DNA from: Eledone cirrhosa
Taxonomy: Eukaryota
Length of the DNA stretch: 64,000 bases
Direction: 5' to 3'
NCBI GenBank assembly: GCA_964016885.1
Contig: OZ024744.1
Span: forward strand, 97,836,001-97,900,000
Part shown: piece after piece, positions 11,801-24,530 of the stretch
How positions within the stretch are numbered: position 1 is the first letter of the stretch
How the letters are laid out: every line of letters starts with the position of its first letter
Notes under the pieces: generated by a model
What the model was told of the DNA's origin: nothing
What the model saw: the letters and a program-made list of their open reading frames with translations, nothing else
Database searches by the model: none
Translations under genes and position numbers: made by a program

Positions 11801-12224
11801 CCGGGCATGTCCGAGATGCGCGCAGGGCGACGAAACCGTCCTGCACGCACTCGTCCAGTGTCCGAAAATTGCTGACTTGTGGGTTTATGTCGAACACCTG
11901 CTGTCGCGTTTAGGACGGATCCAGTTATCATCTGAGTCTATCGTGAGGATTGCCCCGCCCTCCTCCTTTAGCCGGGAAGGGCAGGCAGTTTTTATCTGTC
12001 TGGTGGCCATGGCGAAAGAGATAGTATGGTGGACACGTTTGAAAGGGCTGAAGACGAGCACTTACCTCTTCGGTGATGCTCTGATTGACTTTTTCAAATT
12101 TCATTTGAAAAGGAAAATCAGAGTAGAGAAGGAAGTGCTCTCTTCCCAGCATTTTGTTGAAAGATGGGTGAGAGAAGCAAGAATGGCCCGAGTGAATGGG
12201 CCGACTCTGAGTATATATCTGTAA
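8805..12224 (+). CDS. LINE ORF2: APE endonuclease + RT + C-terminal Cys domain, 1139 aa
   Basis: APE motifs SINARGL, ISET, VYAP, GDWN, YLDR, TDH. RT motifs KSPGLDGL, FRPITLLN, DQSKAFD, RQGCPLS, YADD. C-terminal CPRC..ETVLHALVQC. No stops. Confidence 0.96.
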   Translation: MTSLRIGSINARGLGSSWKQGHLLNDLRSLNIDVVAISETRISEARAFAPIFGGYDVYASPSRPGSGGGVAVLFRRGLDLAIRAIFLDPEGKLVVLDVTSGDGQAFRLVAVYAPTGAGRPDFFRRLETFLGTSRSLVLVGDWNGILDARWDCVGLADRGGGCKSLTNLLRRFELSDRYRLDFPNVPMWTWTNRIGSSRSYLDRVFCREIDRSSIGCPQFKIVSYTDHKFVTCVLDLDRLHRRGPGYWKLNASLPARKAYRDRISELVKRALTGAIVNNKWWFALKRAIRIESIRFSKALAIEKNRAEGELVRKLDEALSKGIATDVLAAKLALDQFFNAKHEGCVVRARVRALRHEGTKAVQWARVAEARRGNKATIRSLVDHDGRMLLDPGQMCEAFQRHFAQLFGASGGPGRGMDFSVYLDGLPRLSATEARCCEKPITAAEVREAMTGCTRGKSPGLDGLPYELYVQMPDLFGGLLADVYCNWQQNGRIPSSVSRGAVALLRKDPNKGDNIDNFRPITLLNTEFKILAKVLAKRLALVVGGLVGEAQTCAIPDRSIHDNLHLMRYIVERVAREPGTGGSLINLDQSKAFDRVDHRYLAAVLRAAGFGPVFRGWIAAMHSDICSVVRVNGHLSEPFNIMRSVRQGCPLSSLLYVLTLEPLLHKLETLRGVPRELGCGRSVSAYADDVTVVVSNAKHIEAIGTTLREYEAVTGAMINQEKSVGLQLGTWRGRSMPSNSVVGRWTDGPVKLLGVWFGPDLQTDKNWDEVTSRVASLTQKWAERKLSLKGRAEVANAYIASVICYRLTVVPCPKPRLTALERLLFRFLWKGRAPMVRRSICCQHPLRGGLGMPWLMMRRHALRLRHLHLFLDGDQVWSPFARRVFPQLVSLTELQSWVKRRPRGSAWRLECLQALTALDQSGNVIGGNSTSAFYRGLVEGKSDDVLGETLGVDENQLANLFGRTFGPGPMDNFQKSLAWQCYRGALPVRDKLYRHGGAVSRACPRCAQGDETVLHALVQCPKIADLWVYVEHLLSRLGRIQLSSESIVRIAPPSSFSREGQAVFICLVAMAKEIVWWTRLKGLKTSTYLFGDALIDFFKFHLKRKIRVEKEVLSSQHFVERWVREARMARVNGPTLSIYL

Positions 12225-12485
12225 ACTAAAGGTGGAAAACTGGGAGAGGGCACTTGCCTTGGTGGTCAGGGTCATTGTGGCTTTTTACTGGGCTTTCTCC
12301 ACAAATGTCCCTCCGAAGTCTCCCCCCTATTGGGGAATTTTTTCATTGTTATTTTCATTGTTATTTTTGTTACATCCTCTGTTTTTGTTTTTTTACACGC
12401 AGAAATGCCCATTTGTACCGTCCTGCATTGTCCTGCACTGTCCTTAATGTCTACTTTATGTAAACCCTTGTGGTTAATAAAGAAA

Positions 12486-12568
<83 letters not shown>

Positions 12569-12606
12569 TGCCTTCTTTGCTTTCTTCTTCTTCTTCTTCT
12601 TCTTCT

Positions 12607-12955
12607 TGAGAGGGTCAAGGGGGGGGGAGGGGGCAGAGTCCCCAAACACTCCTTCCAGCAGGTCCTGTCAGAAGCAACTGTCTCCAAATAATCCAGCTGG
12701 ATCCCCAGGCCAGACCAGCCAAGCTTATATATGTTATCCAACCATCTTGCTCGGGGTCTACCCCTGGGTCTCCTGCCTCTTGGTTTTTGCCCGTTAAATC
12801 TGTCCAGTGATTATTTCTTGAGACATTCTAACCACATGGTCGTAGTATCGGAGCTGTGATCTCTAAATTCGGAGAAGTAGCAGCTCTAACTGGAGTAACT
12901 CTTTGATCTCTGAGCTACAAATCTGTCCAGTGATTCTTTCCTGAGACATTCTAAC
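12607..12955 (-). mobile_element. 5'-truncated degenerate RTE-group LINE with a (GAA)n tail
   Basis: Minus-strand translation LRYYDHVVRM...RGRRPRGRPRARWLDNI...VASDRTCW is typical of RTE ORF C-termini. The tail runs into (GAA)n/(TAA)n. Confidence 0.75.
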
Positions 12956-13380
12956 CTTGACTTTTCTACTTACCTCCCTTCTAAACACATAGGCTTAATT
13001 ATGTTTAAAATTTATTCTCACACTATGAGCCTAACCTACAGAGAATTTTTATGTCTTCCCATAGAAGTTTCAGACGAAAAATAGGGTTTGCTTTTAGACA
13101 AATTACATTTATTTTTTTATGTGAAAATACACGTTTAGAGAATGGCTACAAGAGATAGCAGTCATGTCTCATCAAAGAAAACATAAAAATGGAGATAACA
13201 GCATTAAAAAGAACCAAACAAAAGTGAACAAGAATATTATACACCAAGACACACATTTTTAAAAGGAAAACATTTATATCGACAATGGCACTAGTATGAG
13301 TAATTCTTGTTATTTGTTTCCTTCTTCTCTTTTTGACAAGAACGACAACAACGGCAACAACAACACTCACACGGACACAC

Positions 13381-13580
13381 NNNNNNNNNNNNNNNNNNNN
13401 NNNNNNNNNNNNNNNNNNNNNNNNNNNNNNNNNNNNNNNNNNNNNNNNNNNNNNNNNNNNNNNNNNNNNNNNNNNNNNNNNNNNNNNNNNNNNNNNNNNN
13501 NNNNNNNNNNNNNNNNNNNNNNNNNNNNNNNNNNNNNNNNNNNNNNNNNNNNNNNNNNNNNNNNNNNNNNNNNNNNNNNN
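13381..13580. other. Assembly gap (200 N)
   Basis: Run of N. Confidence 1.
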
Positions 13581-13708
13581 CCGTAAGGATGAAAGGCAAA
13601 GTTAACCTCGGCGGGATTTGAACTCAGAATGGCAAGGGCCGTAACTCTATGCTGGAAAGCATGGCGTCCGACCCTCTACCGATACTGCCAATCATAATAA
13701 TAATGATG

Positions 13709-13903
13709 CAGACCTGCCAACCTCTAAAAATCCGAAGAGGGAGTACCATGAAAAAAAGTGGCCCAAAACGGGGAGAAATGAGGCAAAATGGGGAGATTTT
13801 ACATAATGAAAGCTATATCCATTTTCACAAGAGAAGACATCTCTTACTCACCCCAAGGTGGGAGGGACATCTCCCTGTCGGACGGAGAGTGTTGACAGCT
13901 CTG
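13709..13903. mobile_element. MITE, possibly P-superfamily
   Basis: Imperfect TIRs CAGACCTGCCAAC / GTTGACAGCTCTG; perfect 7-bp TSD AATGATG (13702-13708, 13904-13910). Confidence 0.75.
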
Positions 13904-16532
13904 AATGATGACAAATTAATTGTCGGCTAAAAGTCAACCAACATTCTTGCTAAACAAGCTATCTTAAATTTGTCCCCGAAGTTTGTTTGTTTTTTTGGGG
14001 TTTTTTTGTTTGTTTTTTTTTGTTCGTTTGTTTGTTTTTTTCGAAACTATAGGAATTAACTCGATTATTCTATTTCTCTGAGTTAACTTCCTTGATACTC
14101 TCCAGTCCCGTTTTCACTCAATGTAAAAAAATCCTGGAGCTTACGAATTTTTTCTATATTTAACCTTTGACGTATATTTATACTATTTCCAAAGATGGGA
14201 GCCGAACATGCTCAATGGGAAATATTTTTATAGTAACGTCCATCAGCGCTGTACTCATTGCTCTCCTCAATATGTGTTCTACTCTCGTCGGACACTAAAT
14301 TAAGCCGATCCTTTGCTCTACCATTGATTTTTTTCTTACATATTCCTCGGCTTATATTCGAGTATATACGGCAAGTAGAAGAAAAGAAAAAGGTGTTATG
14401 ACTGTTGATGCCACTCAGACAGACTTTTACATTAGTCCCCCAAAATTGCAATATATACTGAGCATTGAGTTGTTGTTTTCCACTTCAATATAGTACTGAT
14501 ACTTATAGACCCCCGGAAAGACGAAAGCAGAGTTGACCTGGGAGAGATTTGAACTCAGAACCTAAAGCCCAATATCATATCTAAATTCAGAAAAGTATTT
14601 TGTCTGATAATCTACCGAGTCTGCCAACAGCATTTCTCATAACCCACACGAAACAGCCGTGTTGATGGTGTCGATCACGTAAAAAAATACCTTCGACTCT
14701 TTACACACTCTGGCTTCTTTGAATCCATCTAAAACTATTTCGACTACTATCCCAAGCTTTGCTGTTCGTCAGGTCAAAGAGGGTAAACTGCCGAAATATC
14801 GGTTGTTCTCCGATACGTTTGTGGTCAAACCTTTAGCAGTAGAGACTTCTGATGTCCTTGGCCCCCGGACCACATCCAAATTCGCCACTATCGGGACAGG
14901 GTTAACTACTCATGGCTAACAAAAACAAGTCATACGGACACTTAAATCTCAATGTTTAACAATAATCTTGAAGATATAAAGAAGTAAAAGCGACAGTGGA
15001 GTAATTTAGCTCATATTGCAAAAGCAATGTTTGACTTAACAAATTATCAAAACTTAAAATATATGGACAGCAGATCATTACTGAGTGCCCTATGATATTT
15101 TGACTTCTTAATTGGAATGATTGTGCTGAAAATAATAGTCAAATACAAATAGTCTCAGACTACAAATGTACAACAGACAAAATAATTGTTTCTACTTTTG
15201 GCACAAGGCCAGCATATATCCAGTTCATTACTGGTACTTTACTTTATCGACCCCGTAAGGATGAAAGGCAAAGTTAACCTCGGCGGGATTTGAACTCAGA
15301 ATGGCAAGGGCCGTAACTCTATGCGTCAAAGCACGGCGTCCGACCCTCTACCGATACTGCCAATCCATCGCCCTTCACAACAGACAAAATAATAATTGCA
15401 GAAATGGAGGAACTTTCAAAAGTGTTTGGAAATGAACTGAAAAATTAGGTGAAACTAAGAAAGAGATTATCAAAGGCACGTGGTTATCTTTCAAGGAGGC
15501 AGGAGTTACATGAAGAAAAACGATTTCTCGTCAACTGCAAACCTTGGTTGGTAAATAATGGTTTTCTAATTTAGGCACAAGGCCGACAATTATTTTTTTT
15601 TTTTTTTTTTAGGGAGGGAGTCAATTAAATCGACTCCGTTGCGTTACTGGTACTTTATTTTATCGACCCTTAATGGATGAAAGGCAAAGCTAACCTAGCG
15701 GGATTTGAACTCAGAACGTAAAGGGCCTTCACTCTATGTTGCAAAGCATGGCGTCTGATGCTCTACTGATTCTGCCAATCCACCACTCTTAATATAATAA
15801 TGATTTCTACTATAAGCACAAGGCCAGTAATTTGGGGAGAGGGGAAAGTCGATTAAATCGACCCCAGTGTGTTACTGGTACTTCATTTTATCGATTCTGT
15901 AAGGATGAAAGGCAAAGCTAATAAATAATGAATGAATATTATGTAATTTATGTACTAGATTTCATAGCTGTTGATTAAACATAAATATTCTTATATATAA
16001 CGATTGCTTATTTTAAGATTCACTTCTTTTAAAATTTTCAAATGTCAGTAGTTCCGGTTATGATATAACGTATGCTATATTATATCGTTTATATAAATGT
16101 TCATATATTTGCATCGTTATATTATAACGTTTGTATTTCTATCGCTAATTTTCTCCTTTTTCGTTTTCATTACATTTCACAGTTTATATATAATATCGTC
16201 TTTTTTAATGTATCATGGATTACTTTACTGATTGTGCATATTCTCAATTACGATTTTATTTGATGTATCATATCTACATGTATATATACTTGCGTATAAT
16301 ATCAATATACACACTACATATGCTAGCAAAAAAACCTCCCGAAGGGTGGTTTTTCTGCTAGTATAGAGTAATGACCAAGACATATCTAGTGTTGTACACT
16401 CAGTTGTTTTATCATCAATACTGATATATCATATGATTCAAATGACTAATACCAACTTGTATTACATCATTGTGTTAATCTAAAGCTTCTAAAGTTAGAA
16501 AAACAAAATTTATCGTGGACCAGACTCATTTA

Positions 16533-16956
16533 ACAGGTTTACAGGTTTACAGGTTTATAGGTTTACAGGTTTACAGGTTTATAGGTTTACAGGTTTACAG
16601 GTTTACAGATTTATAGGTTTACAGGTTTACAGGTTTATAGGTTTACAGGTTTACAGGTTTACAGATTTACAGGTTTACAGGTTTACAAGTTTATAGGTTT
16701 ACAGGTTTACAGGTTTACAGGTTTACAGGTTTATAGGTTTACAGGTTTACAGGTTTATAGGTTTACAGGTTTACAGGTTTACAGGTTTACAGGTTTACGG
16801 GTTTACAGGTTTACAGGTTTATAGGTTTACAGGTTTACAGATTTACAGGTTTATAGGTTTACAGGTTTACAGGTTTACAGGTTTACAGGTTTACGGGTTT
16901 ACAGGTTTACAGGTTTATAGGTTTACAGGTTTACAGGTTTACAGGTTTACAGGTTT
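16533..16956. repeat. Octamer tandem repeat (ACAGGTTT)n, ~53 units
   Basis: Direct reading; ATAGGTTT variants. Confidence 0.97.
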
Positions 16957-17809
16957 TCAAGCAACTGAAAGTTGGAAACTGTATACTTGAACAATCTTTA
17001 TTGTATACTACAAGTCTTCAACAAAATAACTGCTAACTTAGCAGCCACTCCTATTATGTTGTGTTCTGCAGACTGCTTCTCTAGGGACCTCAGACAAATT
17101 AAGACATATCTGAGGAGTGTTGGACCACTGTTTGTTCCGGAGATTCGGCATGACACAGTACGTGGCAAGTCTGGCCCTTTGAATCCCAGATATAACTCAT
17201 TTTTTCCCAGCTGGGTAGACTGGAGCAGTGTAAAATAAAATATTTTGCTCAAGAGCACAGTGTGCCACCTGAAATCAAATTACCAACCTTACAATCGTGA
17301 GCCAAACACCTTAACCACTAAGCTATGTACCTTCGTATGTGAGAAGTACAATGAGTCAAACACACTTAAACAATGTAGCAATACTAAATACTGAGTAAAA
17401 TTGGTTTCTGATTTAAGCACAAGGCCAGCAATTTGAAGGGAGAGGGGAAAGTCTATTAAATCGACCCCAGTGCGTTACTGGTACATTATTTTATCGACCC
17501 CTAAGAATGTAAGGCAAAAGCTAACCTCGGCGGATTTAAACTCAGAACATAAAGGGTCTTAACTATATACCACAAAGCATGTTGTCCAACGCTCTACCGA
17601 TACAGCCAATCTACCGCCCTTACAAAGTAAAAATCTGTCAACATGTCGGTTGGTAAAAATGTTGAACAAATAATTTATATTTTTGCAGTTAAGAAAAAAA
17701 AATATATATTTCTTTGAAGTTGCACTTTGTATGATTTGTAAAATGCATGTTTTCTTTTTTTTTTTTTTTCTTTTCTTTATCCCGAAACTTTTGATGGAGT
17801 CTTAAGTGA

Positions 17810-18050
17810 AGGCTTAGTGGTTAGAGCATTGGGCTTGCAATCGAAAGATTGTGAGTTCAATTCTCAGACCGGGTGATGTGTTGCTTCCTTGAGCTAGAAA
17901 CTTTATTTCACATTGCTCCAGTTTACCCAGCTGTAGAAATGAGATGATAGGGACTGGGGTCCCTATCATTAAATTACCCAAGACACCTCCAACGAGATAT
18001 ACCTTGGAGAATGCCAGCTAAACCTGCATAGATGTGAGCTGTCACACACA
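17810..18050 (+). mobile_element. tRNA-derived SINE family 2. Other copies at ~17160-17340(-), 21890-22150(-), 45410-45655(-) and a 62740-63000(+) dimer
   Basis: GGCTTAGTGGTTAGAGC A-box, GAGTTCAATTC B-box, body CCTTGAGC..ACTTTATTTCACATTGCTCCAGT. Confidence 0.8.
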
Positions 18051-18875
18051 TTGTGGCATACAACGTTTATTGTAGTTTTTAAAACCTGGCAGAGCCCATC
18101 TCTCCATATATGTTAAGACATTTTATGAATTATATTTGAAATTAAAATTTGCGTTTTTACCTTAGTAAAATTTCTGAAAAAATCAACGTTTCTGCCTTTC
18201 CTTAACCAAAGAGCCTTCCCCTAAGCTAATGTTGGCGCCTATTATATCAGCAATCATTTATCAATTTTTCGGTGCTTAGAATATTATTGAACCTTAATTA
18301 ACCATTAAATTTCTTATCCAAAATAATTTTCGGGCAAAAGTCTATTCGGTTATTTCATAACATAAAAATAGAATTTCATTGCGATACTACGGGTTCTCTG
18401 CAATCTAATGCTATATTCTTCTTTCTTACAAATTATAAAATCAGTTTAGTCTAACATTAGAAATCTGGTAAATACTCTGCTTTGTCATGGAATATAATTA
18501 TTGGCTTCAGACAAGTAGACACATTAAATGTAAGTGAACCTTACATGTGAGTAGGGTATTCGGCAAAACTATGTCAGTGATGTCAACAGTTTTCTTTGCG
18601 TTTCTGTTGCCCTTTAATCACACAGTGAAATGCTAAATAAAAATATGACATTCAAATCTGCGATCATTTTAAAATACCAAAGAAAATACAATAGAAGTGT
18701 AACATTTAAAAAAAAGTGATTATAATTTTACTAAAGCATGTTACATAATGACCAAACAATGCTTTGGGTTTTGATACTCCAGTAAGAAAAAAAATATTCC
18801 TTGTAGAATATATCTGTATATATATATCTATATATATATAAATATGTATATATTTGTGTATGTGTGTGTGTGTAT

Positions 18876-18987
<112 letters not shown>

Positions 18988-19046
18988 ATATATATATGTG
19001 TATATATATATATGTGTGTATATATATGTGTGTATGTATATATATG

Positions 19047-19086
<40 letters not shown>

Positions 19087-19176
19087 CAAATATACGTATA
19101 TATATACATACACACACATATATTTATATACGTATATATATATATATATTCATATATATGTATAAATACGTATATG

Positions 19177-19240
<64 letters not shown>

Positions 19241-19243
<3 letters not shown>

Positions 19244-19400
19244 CGAAGGAAATGTGGTAAGGAACCAGGTGGACCATAACGCACCAAAGTACTCAATACT
19301 CAGGGTAGTAGAGTGGGTAATAGGAGCGAGTAGGATCCCGACGGCTGAGCTCAAGCCGTCGAAACCGCTTGAGCTCAGCCGTCGGGGTCCTACTCGTTCC

Positions 19401-19403
<3 letters not shown>
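19241..19403. mobile_element. Short dispersed foldback element in (TA)n; second copy inverted at 40659-40835
   Basis: Shared ~80-bp unique arm plus a long terminal hairpin in both copies. Confidence 0.7.
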
Positions 19404-19484
<81 letters not shown>

Positions 19485-19504
19485 TATATATATGCATATA
19501 TATG

Positions 19505-19544
<40 letters not shown>

Positions 19545-19625
19545 CGTATTTATACATATATATCAATATATATATATATATATAGATATATAATATATAT
19601 ATACTTATATATACACATATACATA

Positions 19626-19683
<58 letters not shown>

Positions 19684-20317
19684 TTCCTCCCTTTTACGTA
19701 AGTAATTTTTTATTGGTTACGTGTCACCAAACTGGGTTCCCATGTGCAGCCATGTGGTCTAGCTCCAAGCGGCAATCAGCATGTGACAGATGCCATTTCT
19801 ATTGGAAGACATACATACCATTAGCAAAAAAAACAATACGAACTTTAAAAATTCTTGTTTAGAATTTCTATTATCGGTATTTTTTTTTTCTAACAAATCG
19901 TTATTCACTTTACACAAATGATTATGTTTACTTAAAATATGTGCCCCCCCCCCCCACCAGAGGGGCTCTTGAAAAGGAACCACAGATAATAAAAATGAAC
20001 CTTATAATGAGAAAAGAGCACTCTAACCAGCGATAAGTAAACCTAAACATCGTTATGGAATTTTCTTTGTTGAAGCAATCAATCTATTCTGAAAGATTCG
20101 AAAACATTCCAGCCGAGGTTGACTTTGCCTTTCATCCTCACGGGGTCGATGAAATAAAGTACCAGTAATGCACTGAGTAATTGCTGGCCTTGTGCCAAAA
20201 GTAGAAACAATTGTTAAAGATTAACTCTTACGTATATGTATATAAAAGTTAACAGTTAATTTTAGTAATAGAAATACTACTTCGTTGTTAAACTAACTCT
20301 AATACATATACACATAC

Positions 20318-20413
<96 letters not shown>

Positions 20414-20500
20414 TACGAATAAGAGAGACGGTTTAATTCGTACATCTTTTTATTACATAATTATATATATACACACATATATATATATACATACATATAC

Positions 20501-20651
<151 letters not shown>

Positions 20652-20853
20652 TATCTCCCTATTTTATCTGACGAAAACGCAAATGTTATCGCATGATGAT
20701 ATTTGTTTTTGAAATGCGCATAATAAAATACATGGAACTCTTTTAACCATCTTTTGATCTTATATATTATTTATACTCCAGTCCTACAAACTGTAGAGTG
20801 TTACTTATCCGATATCTGCATTGCTTTATTGTACTACAATAAAACTCACCTCC

Positions 20854-20897
<44 letters not shown>

Positions 20898-20899
<2 letters not shown>

Positions 20900-21620
20900 T
20901 ATGAAAAGATGGCGTGCTGCGTGGTTGCGAATGGGTTACATATGAGTAAAATTAGTCCTTCATCAGTGATATTCCACCCTTCATTGGTATTTCATCGCTT
21001 TAAAGACCATATACCTCTGGTTGGTGCGAGCAACGGCTAAAGAAAGTCGTTGGGACACGTAAATAGGGGGAACGAGCGAGACAGTAAACAAACAAAGATA
21101 GTAATGCAACGAAAAGTGAGGAAGAAGGAGTCAAGTCCCTGAAATCGATGAACATAAGTTCTGTGAAATCGTAGACGAGAGAATAAAGACCATCCAACCT
21201 GGTCGAAATGTGAGCGAGGAAAGAATTTCGCACAGGTTAAACGGGAGGAAGTGATGGAGAGGGAGTAGCAGAGAGTAAGTGAGTGAAAGTGTGAGAAAGA
21301 GGCTAACAGAGAGAGTGACTGGCAGAGGGGGTAAAAAGAAAGTGAGAGATACAGAGAAAGGGGAAGCAGTAAGAAAGAAACAGACGGGTCACAGCGGAGG
21401 AAAATATATATATATGTGAATATGAAAACATGGCGTACTGCGTGATTGCAAATGGGTTACATATGAGTAAAATTAGTACTTCATCAGTTATCTTCCACCC
21501 TTCATTGGTATTTCATCGCTTTAAAGACCATATACTTCTGGTTGATGCGAGCAACGGCTAAAGAAAGTCGTTGGGACACGTAAATAGGGGGAACGGGCGA
21601 GACAGTAAACAAATAAAGAT
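20898..21620. repeat. ~200-bp direct repeats (20898-21100, 21420-21620) around a ~320-bp spacer, within (TA)n
   Basis: Near-identical copies by eye. Confidence 0.85.
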
Positions 21621-21686
21621 ATATATATATATATATATATAAAATAGATACGTATAGAGATATTTGTAAAACAGATATGTATAGAA

Positions 21687-21770
21687 ATTTCGTATTTCTA
21701 AAGAAGCACGGTATGTTTATAGGGTAAATGTTTACCCCGTAAACATACCGTTTTTTTAGAAATACGAAAT
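21687..21770. repeat. ~40-bp-arm inverted repeat
   Basis: ATTTCGTATTTCTAAA..ACGGTATGTTTA..GGGTAAA / TTTACCC..TAAACATACCGT..TTTAGAAATACGAAAT. Confidence 0.85.
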
Positions 21771-22770
21771 ATATATATGATTCAATAACTAACAGTAACT
21801 CATGTTAGAAAACTAGTTTCCATATGAAGTACAGACAGACGTCGGATCCAAGGATGAGTGTGCCAGTTATTGGAACAATGGAACTGACAGATCGTTAAAT
21901 TGACGTGCAAGTGGCTGAGTATTCCACAGACACGTGTACTCTTAACGTAGTTCTCAAGACGATTCAGCGTTTCACAGAATGTGTCAAGGATGGCCCTTCG
22001 AAATCCAGATACAACTTATTTTTGCAAGCTGAGTGAACTGGATCAATGTAAAATAAAGTGCCTTGCTTAAGGACGCAATGCGTTGCTGGGAATTAAACTC
22101 AGAACCTTACGATTGTGGGCCGAACAGCCTAAACACTAAGATATATGCTTTTATGTAGGAACAGTAGCGAAGTCATTGAAGTTGGTGATTAGTTAACTCT
22201 TCCACAAGTTTACCCCACTTATTAATTTTTCAGATTTTTCCATCCTCACCCCATCTCCACCACACCCGCACCCGCTCTTATTCCACCCCACCCATTACTA
22301 ATTAAATTTTGCTAATCTGTCTCCGGTTAAATTTTATTTTAAGTGGTAACATTCCTGCAACAATTAATTTTCTTTATACATTAAAAAATATACATGATAT
22401 AAAAAGTACATTACAATAGATATACCATATGTTATAAAATAAATAGGAAGCATTAGGTTAGGGTCTTAATATGTAAACTAAATTACTAATTCTGGTTTTT
22501 TTTTTCAGTCGACGGAGGCAACCTACAAAAATTGCCGATTTTCCAAGGCCCCCTCCCTAGACACACACACACTTATTCCAACTCCCTCACTTATTCCACG
22601 CCACCCCCACCTATTATTTGGGACCCGAGAGTACATGTTGGAGACACTAGTAGAGAAAATGATTCAGTGGATAGCAGTTCTGTAAAAAAATGTTTCTTAA
22701 GCAAGTATTTTGTTCACGATTTCGGAATGACTTAGTGACGGAGAAACAGATATATCGAGTGAGTTTCAAC

Positions 22771-24530
22771 GAAGGTGGTACAAAACTGATACTTTGACAA
22801 AGGTGGTACATCACTGTTATTTTGTCAAAGGTGGGTACATAGCTCATACTTTGATGAAGGTGGTACATAGCTGATACTTTGACAAAGGTGGTACACAGCT
22901 GATACTTTGACAAAGGTGGTACATAGCTGATATCTAGACAAAGGAGGTACATAGCTAATACTTTGACAAAGATGGTACATAGCTGATACTTTGACAAAAG
23001 TGGTACATAGCTGACACTTTGACAAAGGAGGTACATAGCTGACACTTTGACAAAGGAGGTACATAGCTGATACTTTGACAAAAGTGGTACATAGTTGATA
23101 CTTTGACAAAGGAGGTACATAGCTGATACTTTGACAAAGATGGTACATAGCTGATACTTTGACAAAAGTGGTACATAGCTGATACTTTGACAAAGGAGGT
23201 ACATAGCTGATACTTTGACAAAGATGGTACATAGCTGATACTTTGACAAAAGTGGTACATAGTTGATACTTTGACAAAGGAGGTACATAGCTGATACTTT
23301 CACAAAGGAGGTACATAACTGATACTTTGACAAAGATGGTACATAGCTGATACTTTGACAAAAGAGGTACATAGCTGATACTTAGATAAATATGGTACAT
23401 AAGTGATACTTTGACAAAGGAGGTACATAGCTGATACTTTGACAAAGGAGGTACATAGCTGATACCTTGACAAAGGAGGTACTTAGCTGATACTTTGGCG
23501 ACGGAGGTACATAGCTGATACTTTGACAAAAGTGGTACATAGCTGATACTTTGACAAAGGAGGTACATAACTGATACTTTGACAAAGATGGTACATAGCT
23601 GATACTTTGACAAAAGAGGTACATAGCTGATACTTAGATAAATATGGTACATAAGTGATACTTTGACAAAGGAGGTACATAGCTGATACTTTGACAAAGG
23701 AGGTACATAGCTGATACCTTGACAAAGGAGGTACTTAGCTGATACTTTGGCGACGGAGGTACATAGCTGATACTTTGACAAAGGAGGTACATAGCTGATA
23801 CTTTGACAAGGATCGTACATAGCTGAAACTTTGACAAAGGAGGTACATAGCTGATACTTTGACAAAGGAGGTACATAGCTGATACTTTGACAAAGGAGGT
23901 ACATAGCTTATACTTTGACAAAGGAGGTACATAGCTGATACTTTAACAAAAGTGGTACATAGCTGATACTTTGACAAAGATGGTACATAGCTGATACTTT
24001 GACAAAGGAGGTACATAGCTGATACTTTGACAAAGATGGTACATAGCTGATACTTTGACAAAGGTGGTACATAGCTGATACTTTGACAAAGGAGGTACAT
24101 AGCTGATACTTTGACAAAGGAGGTACATAGCTGATACTTTGATAAAGGAGGTACATAGCTGATACTTTGACAAAGATGGTACATAGCTGATACTTTGACA
24201 AAGGAGGTACATAGCTGATACTTTCACAAAGGAGGTACATAACTGATGCTTTGACAAAAGTGGTACATAGTTGATACTTTGACAAAGGTGGTACATAGCT
24301 GATACTTTGACAAAGATGGTACATAGCTGGTACTTTGACAAAGGAGGTACATAGCTGATACTTTGACAAAGGAGGTACATAGCTGATACTTTGACAAAGG
24401 AGGTACATAGCTGATACTTTGACAAAGATGGTACATAGCTGATACTTTGACAAGGATGGTACATAGCTGATACTTTGACAAAGGAGGTACATAGCTGATA
24501 CTTTGACGACGGCGATACATAGCTGATACT
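22771..24530. repeat. 28-bp minisatellite (AAAGGAGGTACATAGCTGATACTTTGAC)n, ~63 units
   Basis: Direct reading; a 252-bp (9-unit) higher-order duplication has diagnostic variants at 23381 and 23633. Confidence 0.97.

Larger units (their letters stand above)
6458..12487 (+). mobile_element. Full-length Tx1-like (L1 group) LINE inserted in (ATT)n
   Basis: 5' UTR, ORF1, 35-nt spacer, ORF2, and 3' UTR ending AATAAAGAAATC. Flanked by (ATT)n at 6431-6457 and 12488-12567. Confidence 0.9.

Noticed and set aside
16533-16956. Interstitial telomere
   Set aside because: The unit is not TTAGGG; resemblance to fission-yeast TTACAGG is taken as coincidence.
22771-24530. CRISPR-like array, or repeated Shine-Dalgarno AAGGAGGT / repeat-protein ORFs
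   Set aside because: Units are contiguous with no unique spacers, there are no cas genes, and the context is eukaryotic. The ORFs are a by-product of the 28-bp period.
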